Notes under the pieces: model-generated
Database searches by the model: none
Told to the model about the DNA's origin: nothing
The model's input: only the letters and a program-made list of their open reading frames with translations
Source of the DNA: Nemertoderma westbladi
Taxonomy: Eukaryota; Animalia; Xenacoelomorpha
Direction: 5' to 3'
Assembly (NCBI GenBank): GCA_032718475.1
Contig: JAUCBJ010002774.1
Location: forward strand, 2,359 to 66,358
DNA: 64,000 nucleotides
Shown here: positions 62,825 through 64,000 of the stretch, piece by piece
Numbering within the stretch: position 1 is the first letter of the stretch
Layout of the letters: each line of letters opens with the position of its first letter
Made by a program: the position numbers and the translations under genes

Positions 62825-64000
62825 CCAGTTGTTCCTTATACTTCCAGTTATTTGTACCAGTTGTTCCTTATACTTCCAGTTATTTGTACCAGTTGTTTCT
62901 TTTACTTCCAGTTATTTGTACCAGTTGTTCCTTATACTTCCAGTTTTTTGTACCAATTGTTCCTTATACTTCCAGTTATTTGTACCAGTTGTTCCTTATA
63001 CTTCCAGTTATTTGTACCAGTTGTTCCTTTTACTTCCAGTTATTTGTACCAGTTGTTCCTTATACTTCCAGTTATTTGTACCAGTTGTTTCTTTTACTTC
63101 CAGTTATTTGTACCACTTGTTTCTTTTACTTCCAGTTATTTGTACCAGTTGTTTCTTTTACTTCCAGTTATTTGTACCAGTTGTTTCTTTTACTTCCAGT
63201 TATTTGTACCAGTTGTTTCTTTTACTTCCAGTTATTTGTACCAGTTGTTCCTTATACTTCCAGTTATTTGTACCAGTTGTTTCTTTTACTTCCAGTTATT
63301 TGTACCAGTTGTTTCTTTTACTTCCAGTTATTTGTACCAGTTGTTTCTTTTACTTCCAGTTATTTGTACCAGTTGTTTCTTTTACTTCCAGTTATTTGTA
63401 CCAGTTGTTTCTTTTACTTCCAGTTATTTGTACCAGTTGTTTCTTTTACTTCCAGTTATTTGTACCAGTTGTTTCTTTTACTTCCAGTTATTTGTACCAG
63501 TTGTTCCTTATACTTCCAGTTTTTTGTACCAGTTGTTCCTTATACTTCCAGTTATTTGTACCAGTTGTTCCTTATACTTCCAGTTATTTGTACCAGTTGT
63601 TCCTTATACTTCCAGTTATTTGTACCAGTTGTTCCTTTTACTTCCAGTTATTTGTACCACTTGTTCCTTATACTTCCAGTTATTTGTACCAGTTGTTCCT
63701 TATACTTCCAGTTATTTGTACCAGTTGTTCCTTTTACTTTCAGTTATTTGTACCAGTTGTTCCTTATACTTCCAGTTATTTGTACCAGTTGTTCCTTTTA
63801 CTTCCAGTTATTTTTACCAGTTGTTCCTTATACTTCCAGTTATTTGTACCAGTTGTTCCTTATACTTCCAGTTATTTGTACCAGTTGTTCCTTTTACTTC
63901 CAGTTATTTGTACCAATTTTTCCTTATACTTCCAGTTATTTGTACCAGTTGTTCCTTATACTTCCAGTTATTTGTACCAGTTGTTTCTTTTACTTCCAGT
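62825..64000 (+). repeat. 32-bp minisatellite (at least 36 copies, running off the window) made of a 3' splice site plus the first 13 nt of the next SF3B3 exon
   Basis: Unit ttgttccttatacttccag|TTATTTGTACCAG. Exon 7 CA plus T TAT TTG TAC CAG gives H-Y-L-Y-Q, the conserved SF3B3 continuation FGNHYLYQ. Confidence 0.93.

Overview
AT-rich eukaryotic (metazoan-like) genomic DNA. An intronless Gal-3-O-sulfotransferase-family gene (3159-4361,+) precedes the first seven coding exons of splicing factor SF3B3 (7005-62818,+; the gene continues past the window). Intron 6 of SF3B3 holds a nested antisense 3-exon gene for a GPI-anchored Ly6/uPAR-like protein (44180-35970,-). The introns carry an intact CRE-clade non-LTR retrotransposon, RTE and L2/Crack-type LINE pieces, foldback MITEs and a hairpin-ended non-autonomous element family. 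The most striking signal is that the large intronic minisatellites are tandem amplifications of the genes' own splice junctions. A 16-bp and a 47-bp array each repeat an SF3B3 exon end plus its 5' splice site about 200-250 times. A 32-bp array repeats the Ly6 gene's donor. A 31-bp two-copy duplication spans the exon 5 donor. The final 32-bp array repeats the 3' splice site plus the first 13 nt of the next SF3B3 exon. Copy numbers are length/unit estimates and family calls come from recalled motifs; no searches were run.
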